Shown here: positions 1 to 13,199 of the stretch, one piece after another
How positions within the stretch are numbered: position 1 is the stretch's first letter
How the letters are laid out: each line of letters starts with the position of its first letter
Assembly (NCBI RefSeq): GCF_009914755.1
Contig: NC_060947.1
Strand: one strand, 5' to 3'
From: the human T2T-CHM13v2.0 reference genome, Homo sapiens
Length of the DNA stretch: 64,000 nt
Position numbers and translations under genes: made by a program
Notes under the pieces: model-generated
Told to the model about the DNA's origin: nothing
The model's input: the letters and a program-made list of their open reading frames with translations, nothing else
Database searches by the model: none

Positions 1-235
1 TAATACACAATGGTAAAGTATGGGAAATGCAGGTGTGCTGTGACTTATCCTCAGATTGTCATTTAAGATAAGATATCATAATACAGGAAAACAAACGGGG
101 ACATCTTTGCATCACATTTATTACCACAGTAGCCTCTAGGCTTTTATTGCATCACACTGAGGAAAAGAACAGGATCATTTCCTTATTTATCATTCTGCTT
201 TGGCTGCTCCAGTTGATTTCCTTGGTATTTTTTAG

Positions 236-361
236 TGCCTGACCTGGAAGCTGATCTCCAGGAGCTGTCTCAGTCAAAGACTGGGGATGAATGCGGAGAT
301 GATCCTGATATCCAGGGGAAGATTCTGCCAAAATCAGAGCAATTTAAAATGCCAGAAGGAG
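236..361 (+). pseudogene. XAGE: XAGE-family coding exon 4 (copy 1); upstream exons lie outside the window, terminal exon deleted
   Basis: 126-nt exon between tttag acceptor (234-235) and gtatg donor (362). It encodes (V)PDLEADLQELSQSKTGDECGDDPDIQGKILPKSEQFKMPEG, the XAGE3/XAGE5-type GAGE-domain segment. The following intron aligns with 39129-41610, then jumps into an Alu and skips the last exon. Exact paralogue not determined. Confidence 0.85.
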
Positions 362-1073
362 GTATGTTATCCATTAAGATTCAAAATTACGTGCTTTCTG
401 TATTCCACAATATTACACTTTTGACAATAAAAAGAGAGAATATTACTGCCCCTCCAAAAACTGAGTTCAAATGCAGACTTTCTTCGAAAGGTAGATCAGA
501 CCCTAGAAGCCTGACTGCAAAACTGAAACACTATCAGATACAGACACAAATTGGGTCAAAGCCATATTGAACCATTGAATAGCAAAGCATTTTGTTACTT
601 CTAAGTATAACCAACAGCTAACAATTTTCAGATTATTTTGCAATTTCTGTTTCTCACAAATAAATAATGCATTTGTAATACCACTTTGTATGATATATGC
701 TGATCCCTGAAGGAGATTCTAGTACCAGCTCCAACATAATTTGTGAGATTCTGGACAAATCACATCAATCCTACACCCATTTTTGCTTTTATTGAAAATA
801 GTGAATGCACATAAGATACATTAAAATCCATTTCAGTGCTGGTTTCTCCATGCTTTCGTCTTGTTGCAGAGAATATACAGATATTCTGATTTTCATGATT
901 TGTTTATCATAACAATCAGCTTTAGTCCAATTAAAATATCTGAGTTGAGACTTCATTGCTCCTAAGAAAATGAGAAGGCACTCTGCTTGATGCTTGTTTT
1001 CCTGTATGGAGACCTTCATGAGTGTTCTTGGATTTTGTCAAATCCTGAATTCTCTCAGGCTCTTAAACAATGA

Positions 1074-1377
<304 letters not shown>

Positions 1378-3126
1378 AATGATTACATTTTAATGTCTTC
1401 CCGCAGTGAAGCCTTGAATGACTGAGTAATAAAATCGATAGAGACAGTCAGGTTTTTGTGACCCATGAAGTAGGGAGAATGCATGTAGGTCAGTCATGCT
1501 CAAGGTGGTTGTAAGATGCCTGTGCTAAGCATGCTCCCTGTCCTCCTGTCAGTCTTCATGAGCTACTGTGTGTAATTAGATTGAAGACACATATGGTAAC
1601 CGCTAACCATATCAGAGGTTATATTACAGGCTTCTGCTTTGAGTCATCAGATGATATGATTTAGAGTTCAAAGTCTATAATGTACTAAGTCCTGAGTAGT
1701 CCACATAAGTATTTTTCATACATGTTTTCCAAATTGCTGACTTAATTAGAAGAACTTCTGAATTTAAAGGAAGCACTGCACGTATAGGGGAGAATATCTA
1801 AATGTTTTTACTTCACACTGCTGAACCACTCCCTTTGACTATTTACATTAAAGGATAGCTTGTAGGCGATTTCCAGGAGCCTATTGAACAAGCCTGAATA
1901 GTATTCTTAGGACAGTCATAGCATTATATGCATATCCTATTAAAATAGACAGCAAATTACATGATACAAGAAAATAATACTAAGAAATAAAAAAAGAGTC
2001 ACAAAAGAAACTTAAGGGAAAGGGAAACAGGCAGTAAATGAAAGGTACGAATCATTAACAAAAGGAAAACTAATCCAAAAGTAATAAATTTAACAGATCG
2101 TTCTTTTGTGAAATATCTAGGAAGAGAGCATCCAGTAGCTTAAACAATCTTGAGGAAAATGGAAAAAGCACAACACGGAATATGAACAAGACACAGATAT
2201 TGAATATAAGGCATGATTGAAAGGGAATACATTCTTGAACACTAATATTTTCAGAGTGTGGATGAAATGGTTGACATGCTAGGAACACCTACATTATTTA
2301 ACGTATCCCTTTAATACCTGAATATCTGAACATCACAAAGACTGTGCATGAGCTTGTGGAATTTGCTGGTCATCCCTCAAAACAGTTACTTTTAGAAGCA
2401 AATATTTAGCTTTTCCAGATGCCTTACTCTCCGTTTTCTTTTCCCCCTCCATTTTTTTTTTGCCACACTGGTTATGATGTATAACTCTTTCACGTTTTAA
2501 TGTCAATAAAGATCCTGATACCTTAAAACTTATATGACCATTTAATTAATTATATAAACGGGAATACATTCTGGTGATTAAAGTGTCATTATTCATATCC
2601 TCATGAGGACTATAGGTGAAAACTGGATGCAAATGTTTACTTTATGTTAAAAAAAAACACAGAAGGGTAACCTAGCCCAAAGGAATATTGCTGCACTTCA
2701 GCACAATAGAGAAAAAACAAATGCAATACTGGCCTTCCTATTCATTTCACTTATGTATTTCCTAATGTGACATTAACTGTTTTCTCCAAAGATAATTTTC
2801 AGACTTTTTGCAGGAGCTTATTGGACATCAAGACCATAGTTTCAAGCCAACACATTAAATTATACATTTTTCACAAATTCCTTCTGTTGCTTAGGTTTTT
2901 TATGTCCTGGTCGTATTTTGAGTAAAACTCTACAAAATGTTTGCTATCTACTCTAAGCACCTTTTAAATAGGTCCACTTGATTTAATGTGTTCTGACCTC
3001 AGACTGTCTTTTGGTTTCCTTCTAGCACTAAAAGAAGGGTGTGTTTAAAAAATGTTACTAATATGTACCCTTGGAAGTGTATCTTCAAAGTCTCTACAGA
3101 GGTTTAGTTGAATGTTAGCCATAGGG

Positions 3127-3421
3127 ATGCTGAAGCACGAGGATGTCTTGAGCTTGGGAGACTGAGACATGCTTGGGCAACCTGCTGAAACCCCCTGTCT
3201 ACAAAAATAAATGAATGAATGCATGAATGTATGCATGTATGTATGCAGGTGTAGTCCCAGCTACTCTAAATGAATGTATGCATGTAATGCAGGTGTATAC
3301 TCCAGCTACTCTGGAGGCTGAGGTGAGAGGTTCCCTTGAGCCTAGGAGGTTGAGGATGCAGGTAGACATTTTCATGCCACTGCAACTCCAGCCCGGGTGA
3401 CTGAGACTGTTTTAATAAAAA
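3127..3421 (+). mobile_element. Old Alu (AluJ-like), 5'-truncated by deletion
   Basis: Alu arms with a (TGAA)/(ATGT) expansion in the linker. Paralogous to the complete Alu at 41909-42205. Confidence 0.85.
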
Positions 3422-3435
3422 ATAGTATCATTTTT

Positions 3436-5892
3436 GGAAGATGGCCAAATAGGAACAGCTCCAATCTGCAGCTCCCAGTGAGATCGATGCAGAAGACGGG
3501 TGATTCCTGCATTTCCAACTGAGGTACCTGGTTCATCTCATTGGGACTGGTTGGACAGTGGGTGCAGTCCACGGAGGGTGAGCTGAAGCAGGGCGGGGCG
3601 TGGACTCACCCGGGAAGTGCAAGGGGTCAGGGGATTTCCCTTTGCTAGCCAAGGGAAGCCATGACAGTCTGTACCTGCGCTTTTCCCACAGTCTTCACAA
3701 CCGGCAGACCAGGAGATTCCCTCCTGTGCCTGGCTCAGAGGGTCCCATGCCCATGGAGCCTTGCTCACTGCTCCCACAGCAGTCTGAGATCGACCTGTGA
3801 TGCTGCAGCTTGGCGAAGGGAGGGGCGTCCGCCATTGCTGAGGCTTGAGTAGGTGATTCTGTGCTCACAGTGTAAATAAGGAGGCTCGGAAGCTTGAACT
3901 GGGCGGACCCACTGCAGCTTAGCAAGGCCTACTGCCTCTCTAGATTCCACCTCTGTGGGCAGGGCATATCAGAACAAAAGGCAGCAGTCAGCTTCCACAA
4001 ACCTAAACATCCCTGTCTGACAGCTCTGAAGAGAGCAGTGGTTCTCCCAGCATGGCATTCGAGCTCTGAGAACAGACAGACTGCCACCTCAAGTGGGTCC
4101 CTGACCATCATGTAGCCTGACTGGGAACCCCCAGTAGGGGCCGACAGACAGCTCATACAAGCAGGTGCCCCTCTGGGACGAATCTTCCAGAGGAAGGATC
4201 AGGCAGCAATATTTGCTGTTCTGCAGCCTCCGCTGGTGATACCTAGGCAAACAGGTTCTGGAGTGGAACTCCAGCAAACTCCAACAGACCTGCAGCTGAG
4301 GGGCCCGACTGTTAGAAGGAAAACTAACAAACAGAAAGGAATAGCATCAACATCAACAAAAAGCACATCCACACCAAAACCCCATCTGTAGGTCACCAAC
4401 ATCAAAGACCAAAGATAGATAAAACCACATAGATGGGGACAAACCAGAGCAGAAAATCTGAAAACTCAAAAACCAGAGCCCCTCTTCTCCTCCAAAGGAT
4501 CGCAGCTCCTCGCCAGCAAAGGAACAAAACTGGACGGAGAATGAGTTTGATGAGTTGACAGAAGAAGGCTTCAAAAGGTCAGTAATAACAAACTTCACCA
4601 AACTAATGGAGCATATTCTAACCCATCACAAGGAAGCTAAAAACCTTGAAAAAAGATTAGACGACTGGCTAACTAGAATAAACACTGTTGAGAAGACCTT
4701 AAATGACCGGATGGATCTGAAAACCACAGCACGAGAACTTCATGATGCATGCACAAGCTTCAATAGCAGATTTGATCAAGTGGAAGAAAGGATATCAGTG
4801 ACTGAAGATCAAATTAATGAAATAAAGAGAGAAGACAAGATTAGAGAAAAAAGAGTGAAAAGAACAAAGCCTGCAAGAAATATGGGACTATGTGAAAAGA
4901 CCGAATCTACGTTTGATTGGTGTGACTGAATGTGATGGGGAGAATGGAACCAAGTTAGAAAACACTCTTCAGAATATTATCCAGGAGAACTTCCCCAACC
5001 TAGCAAGGCAGGCCAACATTCAAATTCAGGAAATACAGAGAACACCACAAAGATACTCCTCGAGAAGAGCAACCCCAAGACATATAATTGTCAGATTCAC
5101 CAAGGTTGAAATCAAGGAAAAAATGTTAAGGGCAGCCAGAGAGAAAGGTTGGGTTACCCACAGAGAGAAGCCCAACAGACTAACAGCAGATCTCTTGGCA
5201 GCAACCATACAAGCCAGAAGAGAGTGGGGGCCAATATTCAACATTCTTAAAGCAAAGAATTTTCAACCCAGAATTTCATATCCAGTGAAACTAAGATTCA
5301 TAAGTGTAGGGAAAAGAAAATCCTTTACAGACAAGCAAATGCTGAGAGATTTTGTCACCACCAGGCCTGCCTTACAACAGCTCCTGAAGGAAGCACTAAA
5401 CATGGGAAGGAACAACCGGTACCAGCCACTACAAAAATATACCAAATTGTAAAGACCATCGACGCTATGAAGAAACTGCATCAATTAACAGGCAAAACAA
5501 CCAGCTAACATCACATTGACAGCATCAAATTCACACATAAGAATATTAACCTTAAATGTGAGTGGGCTAAATGCCCCAATTAAAAGACACAGACTGGCAA
5601 ATTGAATAACAGTGAAGACCCATCGGTGTGCTGTATTCAAGGGATGGAGGAAGATCTACCAAGAAAACGGAAACCAAAAAAAAAAAAAAAGCAGGGGTTG
5701 CAATCGTAGTCTCTGGTAAAACAGACTTTAAACCAACAAAGATCAACAGAGACAAAGAAGGCCATTACATAATGGTAAAGAGATCAATTCAACCAGAAGA
5801 GCTAACTATCCTAAATATATATACACCCAACACAGGAGCACCCAGATTCATAAAGGAAGTCCTTAGAGGCCTACAAAGAGACTTAGACTCCC
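3436..5892 (+). mobile_element. L1 (L1PA7/8-like) 5' portion: 5'UTR, frameshifted ORF1, start of ORF2; 3'-truncated
   Basis: Begins gaagatggccaaataggaacagctcc (L1PA 5'UTR). ORF1 pieces 4555-4929 and 4892-5452 (KRPNLRLIGV...YQPLQKYTKL). ORF2 endonuclease remnant 5628-5892 (AGVAIVVSGKTDFKPTKI...NIYTPNTGAP). ORF2 ATG appears changed to TTG near 5515. Confidence 0.93.
4433..5452 (+). pseudogene. L1 ORF1p (RNA-binding protein), disrupted by frameshifts
   Basis: ATG at 4433; coiled-coil part in ORF 4555-4929; RRM/CTD part in ORF 4892-5452; TAA at 5450-5452. Confidence 0.88.
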
Positions 5893-5899
5893 TAAAAAA

Positions 5900-6535
5900 A
5901 ATTTTGGAGGAATATGAAAGCACGCTGAAATAAGTGGAGAGACATACCACGTTAAAGGATCCCAAGACTTAAGATTGTCAATATGTCAGTTTCTCCCAAA
6001 TAATCTGTACATTCCATGTAAACCCAATTAAAATACTTGCAAACTCTTGTTTCTATAAATTGACAAGCTGACTTCAAAATTTATATGGGAAAGCAAAGGG
6101 ACTAGAATAGCCTAACAATGTTATAAAGGGCAAATAATATTGGAGTATTCACATTATCTGATTTCAAGATGCATTTGACAACTATGCTAATCAGGACACT
6201 GTGATATTGGCAGAGGAAAAGGCATAAGAGTCTGAAGCTAGATCTATATATGCAAGTTAAATAGATTTTTCCATAAAGTGCCAAGATAATTCAGTGGGGA
6301 AGGATGTTTTATTCCAGGAATGGTGCTGGAACAATTGGACATTGATATGCAAAAAAATGAACCTTAATCTTTGCCTCACGCCATATACAAAAATGAACTC
6401 AAAATACATCATAGAACTCAATGTAAAAGCTACTGTTACAACACTTGTAGAAGAAAATGTAAGGGAATCTGCAGCATCTTGTAAGACAAAGATAGACAGG
6501 ATACAAAAAGCACTAACTATGAAATAGTACATGCA
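5900..6535 (+). mobile_element. Old L1M ORF2 3' fragment
   Basis: Degenerate ORF2 C-terminal motifs (GKDVLFQEWCWNNWTLICKKMNLNLCLTPYTKMNSK). Confidence 0.85.
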
Positions 6536-8374
6536 TACATTTTTAAAATTCTATATAATTATGTGCTACCCTCATCCAGTGACTACTTACTTGCCCAAGA
6601 ATTATACAAATGATATGAAGAGGTAATTAGAGCTCTAATTTCCTAGAAAGTTTTCATTCAAATTCTCCATACCAGCTCATGAAGACAAAACCCCAGCTTT
6701 AAATTTAGGCTTTAGAATAACCCCATGAGGAGCATTGATTATTCATTATTCTAAAAAAAATGTGCCCTCCTTCCAGCCACACAGACTCATTTCTTGAGTC
6801 CCAAAAGAGCTGAAGTGATAACAGAAAGATCATCCAAGGGGTCAAAGGTATTCATGACATAGTCTCTCTGGAACATGTCCCAGGGAAATGTGGACACAGC
6901 AACAATCTTGGCAACAATAACAGCTAGAATTGATTGGAAATTTATGATATGGCTGGCAATGTCCTGACAACTGTGCATGTCTTAATACACTCAATGCTCT
7001 AAACTGCCCCAAGAAATAGATGACATTACTAGTAGTATTTCCATGATACTAATGGAGAAAGGAGGCACAGAGATGATAAGGAACTGTCTCAGTGTCACCC
7101 AGCAGTGAGTGGTGGAGCCAAAGGCCACAGGCATGGTGAAAACTCTACTGAGCTGCATATTTGTGTAATCAAGAGTAAGATCCAAAGGCTACTGCAAAAC
7201 TTTAGAATGTTAGAGCATGAAACTGCACAGGCAAAAGACATTTGATTTCTTCAGAAATCTTTAAGAGATGGAGACTTGAAAGGACTGGTCTGGGTATCAT
7301 TTGGAGACGGCATCCTGAGAGTGTCATTAGAATAACAGCCAGCATGTGAGTGTCCGTCTCCTCACCTGAAGGTCTTGAGTTCGTCCATCAGAGAAGGCAC
7401 CAAACCTGTCCCTTCTATACTTTTACAAAGGAGACAGAAGCCGTGTAGCTGGGAAATGAGACTATTCCCCTGCTCTAATAGTTCTCAGACAAGTTTCCAT
7501 GAAAGTTAGAATCCAAGATCTGTTAAAAGTGCAGATTCCAGGAATCACACCCAGTGAAGCTCATTTAGTGTGGCCACAACTGTGTCCTAGGATCTGGGAA
7601 TTTACTCCCCAGCCTAGGGAACTTTCAGAAACCTTATTAAATCCCTCAGGTAACAAGACTCTCTGCAATATACCCAGAAAAATATTCCCAGGACAGACAT
7701 GAGGTTGAGAAGAGCGACCTCAACACACAGGAACACAGGACAGGATGAACGCAGTGTGAGACTCATCATAAGGGTAAGGCAGTGTATCTTATGAGAAGAC
7801 CTCACAACTCTTACTGGCCTTTCTCCCCAGAGGCCTGTTTATCTCAAATCCCTGCTCCTCGTGGGTGGTGAATGGAGTTGTGTCAGGAAATGACCTTTTA
7901 GATCCCAGAAAGGCATGGGCTCCTCTCAGGGGCCACTGAACACATAGGATGGGGCGTGATGCAAGCTGTTGTTCCCCTCCCACCAGCCTTGGTTTCCTTC
8001 TTGCACCATCATGTGCTTCCACGGGAGCCTAGAGCAATGACACGACTTAGGGCCAATGTCTTCCCTTTTTAGGAGACCGGCCCCTCACCTGAGGAGTGCG
8101 TCTCCCCCTCTCTTCCTTTCAGCTGTCCTTCTCCTGATCTCATCTGCCATCCCACAGCAGACAGGTGTCCCTGGTAGCCTGACGACCTAGCCTGGCCCCT
8201 TCCTCCTGTGTCCCCACCTGGAGAGGGCTGTCCTCGCCAAGGGGAAGGACACTGATCCAAGGATCCCAGAGACATGCCTACCACAGAACCATCCTGAGCA
8301 TCAATGTCCCATGGCAGTGCTTGACCTATGAAATGAAGCTTCACCACACACCCCAGCTGGCCGTGAAATATTTT

Positions 8375-8666
8375 CTTTCTTTTTGTCTTATTTGAGACAG
8401 GGTCTCACTGTGTTGCTCAGCCTGGAATGTAATAGAGAAATTGTGGCTCACTGTAGCCTTGAATTCCCAGACTCCAGCAATCCTTCCATCTCATCCTCAT
8501 ATACCATGCACAGGCCACCATGCCTAGGTATATATTTTTAACTTTTTTGTAAAGATGGGGTCACCCTCTGTTGTCCTGGCTGGTCTTGAACCCCAGAGCT
8601 TAAAGAATACTCACACTTCGATGAACCAACATGCTGAGATTTGAGGTCTGAGCCACCTCACCTTGC
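8375..8666 (-). mobile_element. Alu (AluJ-like), diverged
   Basis: tttgagacagggtctcactgtgttgc...tgagccacctcaccttgcc. Confidence 0.85.
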
Positions 8667-9674
8667 CATGAACCATTTTCTTATCACGGAAAGCAAGACA
8701 GAGGAGGAAGGTGCCTGCAACTCCTCCTGGGGAACATTGTGTCCTTCCCCTTGTTACTGAGCTGTTTCCTCTGTACTGACTGCAACATTGCTATGCTTTT
8801 GATGTAAATAAGAAGTTTGAGGGTACTCCTTTGCATTCCTAAACTTGCGGTTTATAGCCAGAACATCATTGCCCATTTTGGGGCATTTTGGAAATTTCTG
8901 AGGGTAGCTGTGGTTGTTGGAATTATTGTCAGAGGTTACTGGCATTTGGGGATTAAGGTTATGGGGAGAGGCAAAGTTTTTTTTCCTGAGTCTTAAATAA
9001 ACTGGATTTTCCATACATGTCACTTCCCTGTAAACTGAGGGAGACTTATATGTTGCTTTATCTGGGAACTTATGAAGACTTGTTGACTGCTTTGGAAAAT
9101 CACATCACTGCAGGGCATTTCATTCTTGGATTCCACTCTGATACAACATTCCAATATCAGTTTGCTTTGCACCTGTGCATGCCTGGGAAAAATAGAATGA
9201 GGGAAATCCAGCTTGTCTACCAACAGTATCTTTTCCAAGATAAGCTGTCAATTGTTGGGGAAAATGAAGTGGGAGATGTTCACAGTGTAATTTCCCTTGA
9301 GTTGGTGAAAACACCAGCTATGCCCCTTGCTGTTACTGCACTGAAAGTTCTCTTTGCAGATGTATCTCTCTCACTAGGTTCCCAGGTCCTTTGTGAAAGG
9401 TTGAAATTTTACCCAGTAGACCCCTATGTCTTTGGGATGGAACAGAGGACCTCACAGGCAGATGGAGGGCAGGGAACACTTGTGGAATTGTAGTGATCTC
9501 TACATGGTTGGATGATCAAACCCTAAGGCACAGTGATGAGCCACGTGGATGTCAGTCTGCAGAGGGTGGGAGGGGAATGCCACAGGCCTCTGCCTTAGGA
9601 GCCATGCATCAGAGTGATACCAGCCTGCAGTACTGATCTCAGTTATGCCCTTTAAGGGTCCCAGATGTAAGCAG

Positions 9675-10106
9675 CCTATTGGTTGGGGTTTCTCTGTTTG
9701 TGTGGGTGTTGAGGGGAGTGAGTGGAGAGATAGAGAGAAAGAGAGGAGATTTTGAGAAACTGTCTCAGGCAACTATGGGAGCTGGAAAGTACAAACTTTG
9801 CAGAGCAGGATGTCACCCTGGAGTCCCCTGGCAGAGGTGATGTGATAGCTCAAATTTAAGCGCAGTGTGGAGGCAGATGTTTTTCATCTTATGGAGGGCC
9901 CCAGTCTTTTTCTTTGAAGGCCTCCAAGTGACTGGATGAGGCTCAAACACATTGTGGAGGACAATTAGCTTTTCTCAAAGTCTGTTGATTTAAGTGTTAG
10001 TCTCATATCAGAACACCCCTTCAGAGAGACAGCTACATTGATTAAAGTGAAGAATTTCCTACGTAGTGTGGCCCAGCAAAGTTGACACATCAAATTTCCC
10101 ATCATA
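9675..10106 (-). mobile_element. MLT2 (ERVL) LTR
   Basis: MLT2 hallmarks: cctattggtt...tctct, (GA)n, gaaggcctccaagtgactggatgagg, aagttgacacatcaaatttcccatca. Paralogues at 44228-44690 and 50240-50680. Confidence 0.8.
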
Positions 10107-12208
10107 GCTGTCTTGCACAAAAGCTATTAATGATGAATGTCTATCTTAGATAGGCAGGGGACTTCCTAACTAAGATTCTGTATTAACCACTTTTGTCCAG
10201 TCCAAGCCACCATTTCAGGCTCAGCTCAACTCTGGCCAGTAAGCTGTAGCTGCCATGAATGCCTTCCAGGGCCCAGGCAGGGTCCGGATAGTCGGGGGAC
10301 ACATGCAAGCACATTGCCAGAGGGCACACGTGATACCCCTGGACACCAAGAGTTTACCCTTGTGAGAGCACCCCTCCGGGACATACATTAGTCAGGCAGA
10401 AGTTGGCCAAGGCCCCAACATGGCATCCTTCTGTAAGACCTTTCCTCTAGGGTTCCTCATCCAGTCCAAACAATGCATCTGCATCTTTGGCTTAGGGGAA
10501 CTGTCAGAAGGCAGTCAGTTCAGCATAGTCATTGACACCAGTTCCTCATCTTCACAAGCATGAATGACTTCCATAGGTCTTCTGTGTTCAGGAGCTGGAT
10601 TGCCCCTCCTGTCCCGGCTGATGTTGCAGCTCTGTCAGGTGTGATCCTAAGCTGAGTATTCAGTGCGGTTTCACCATTGGTCTTAGGGTACAGCTGTAGG
10701 TTCCTCACAGAAAAAGAGACTCTCCATCTATGCTGTCTGTCATTGAGTACCTCTGATTCACTGTCATACTGTGGGACTAGGGACATGGTGCTGACACAAT
10801 GGTGATCTTGCTTTTGCTGCGTCTGCAAGCAATCAGTCAATTGGATCCATTTGAGCTCACTGTCTTCTTACCGGACAAATCTATGGATATGTGACAAGCC
10901 AGACTAACAACCGTATTGGTGATCCCTGTGGCCCTGTTAGCCACCACAGGGCTGCTTAGGTACTGCCTGAGCAATTGACACACAATTGTACTGAATTATG
11001 TGGTGTTGCCCAATCAGAATGTTGACTTATTCCTCATGGCATCACACAGAGCAAGGAGCAAAGTTTTCAGCACATACTACTGACAGGATTTTCCTTGTCA
11101 CAGTTGGGTATTTACAAAAATATTTCAGAATTCATTCCATGTGTGACACCATTAATGAACATGTATATTTAAATCAAATAAGCTATGGAAGTCAAATGCA
11201 TTTAAAAAGGTAACTTCGTATTTTTACTTGCATTTCACAAAGGTAGCTATCACTTAATATAGATGTAGTTGTAAAGGCAAATCAAGTGAAAAGATTAAAT
11301 TTTAAAGAAAAAAATAAATAACTTGTAAACCAAATTTATGTGCACTGTAATGCCTTCTCGGTATGTTACTTCTTTTATTCTTCATAACAATCATTTAGTG
11401 TAAATAATCTCATTTCTAATTTAGAAATGGGGAAACAGTCCCACAGGATATAAGTACTTTGCTCATCATCTCAAGCCAGTGTGTCAGGGCCATGATGGAA
11501 ACTCATGGGTATTCCATGTTATAGTCTGTGAGGAGACAGTGTAGCTGGGACCCAAGTCATTTTGCTCAGCAAGTTGCCCTGGTTACTTTCCCCTTTCTTC
11601 TACTAGGCCCTAATTCTTTCATTCAGCTCTACAGCCTAGGAACTTCTCACATACTTTGTGGCGAATGGGATCCCCTACATTTAGACTCACTTTTTATTTG
11701 AACCCTAGCTTTTCAGTCCTTTTGAACAAAAATATTTATAATCTCTGTAAAAGAGAGAAATCATTGCTAATTATAATGCCCTTGCCCTCTCTAAGCAGTG
11801 TGGATTTTGAGAAGGGGCCTTTACTGCAGAATTATCTTTTATGGTGTGAGGATACAAATGGAGCTCAGAGGTGTCAGTCGTGTATTATGTATTAGTAAGA
11901 GGGATATCAGGCTGGATCCAGGCAGCTGCAGGGGCTCCTGAATGAGATGTGGTGACTGTGAGGCTGATGGATTTTATGTAGATGAAAAATGAGGTTTGGT
12001 GCTTCTCCTTCCCTGACTCTTAATAATTTTAAAGAAAGGTCGGACGTGTTTGCATGAGATGTTGTGGACTTGCTCCACAGGGATTGAGACATCATTTCTT
12101 CTCTCCGTGTTTCCACTCACTGTTTCAGATGGCTTTAGTATTCTAGTTACATGTTTCTGTACCACAGTAAAATAGGTGTGTTCTCATTAATTTTTTAAAA
12201 ATGTTTTT

Positions 12209-12534
<326 letters not shown>

Positions 12535-12954
12535 CTAGGGATGCCTGTTAGGCCTATGTGCCATGTTTTGGGAAACCCCTCCTTCAAGAGAAGAACAAAG
12601 CCTCTTATCTTGAATAATGAAAAAATATATTTTATATATTATCCTAGATTTATATGAAATCATGTGATTACCACGAAAGTCAACATGTACAACACCAGTT
12701 CTACGTTCAACACTGTCAGAAGCATTTGCTTCAAGAAAGCGCAGACTGTGAACTTAGAACTTGAGTCCCCATATCTGCTTCTTACTAGAGTCATTTATTG
12801 TTAATTTTAGGAAACTCTGACTCACCTTATTAAAGAATTAAATGAGGTCAGAATCAATGAAACATAGCTCACAGAATTGGCTAATGGATAACACATACTC
12901 TATAAATGTGAGGTATTATTATTCCTGTTTTTCTTAGAGAACCCATTTTATAAG

Positions 12955-13140
12955 CCTCCAGAGTAGCTGGGACTACAGTGACATACAGACATGAGTACAT
13001 TCATACAATCATTCATTTATTTTTGCAGGGGGGGGTCTCGCTGTGTTGCTCAATCTGGTGTCAGTCTCTGAGCTCAAGCAGTCCACCTCCCTCAGCATGC
13101 CAAAATACTGGATTACAGACATGAGCCACTGCACCTGGCC
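12955..13140 (-). mobile_element. Alu fragment, paralogous to the Alu downstream of the XAGE last exon
   Basis: gcctccagagtagctgggactaca...atgagccactgcacctggcc with a TCAT-repeat linker. Confidence 0.85.
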
Positions 13141-13199
13141 ACAAGTTACAAAAGTGTTAACTACCTGGGAATAAAATGAATAAAAAATGTGCAAGAATT

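Larger units (their letters stand above)
8338..11680. repeat. Low-copy ~3.3 kb duplicated unit, copy A (AluJ + unexplained sequence + MLT2 LTR + unexplained sequence)
   Basis: Direct copies at 48385-48940 (partial) and 48936-51058; inverted copies at 42660-45362 and 45875-46890. Shared strings include ctggattttccatacatgtcact and gtaagcagcctattggtt. Confidence 0.88.

Noticed and set aside
8700-11200. Possible OAT-like or RBM22-like pseudogene, since such pseudogenes are reported near SSX/XAGE clusters
   Set aside because: None of the translations I examined resembles OAT or RBM22 as I recall them; left as unidentified.
11690-12200. Possible retrocopy on the - strand ending in AATAAAAAA
   Set aside because: No recognisable parent gene, real poly(A) tail or target duplication.
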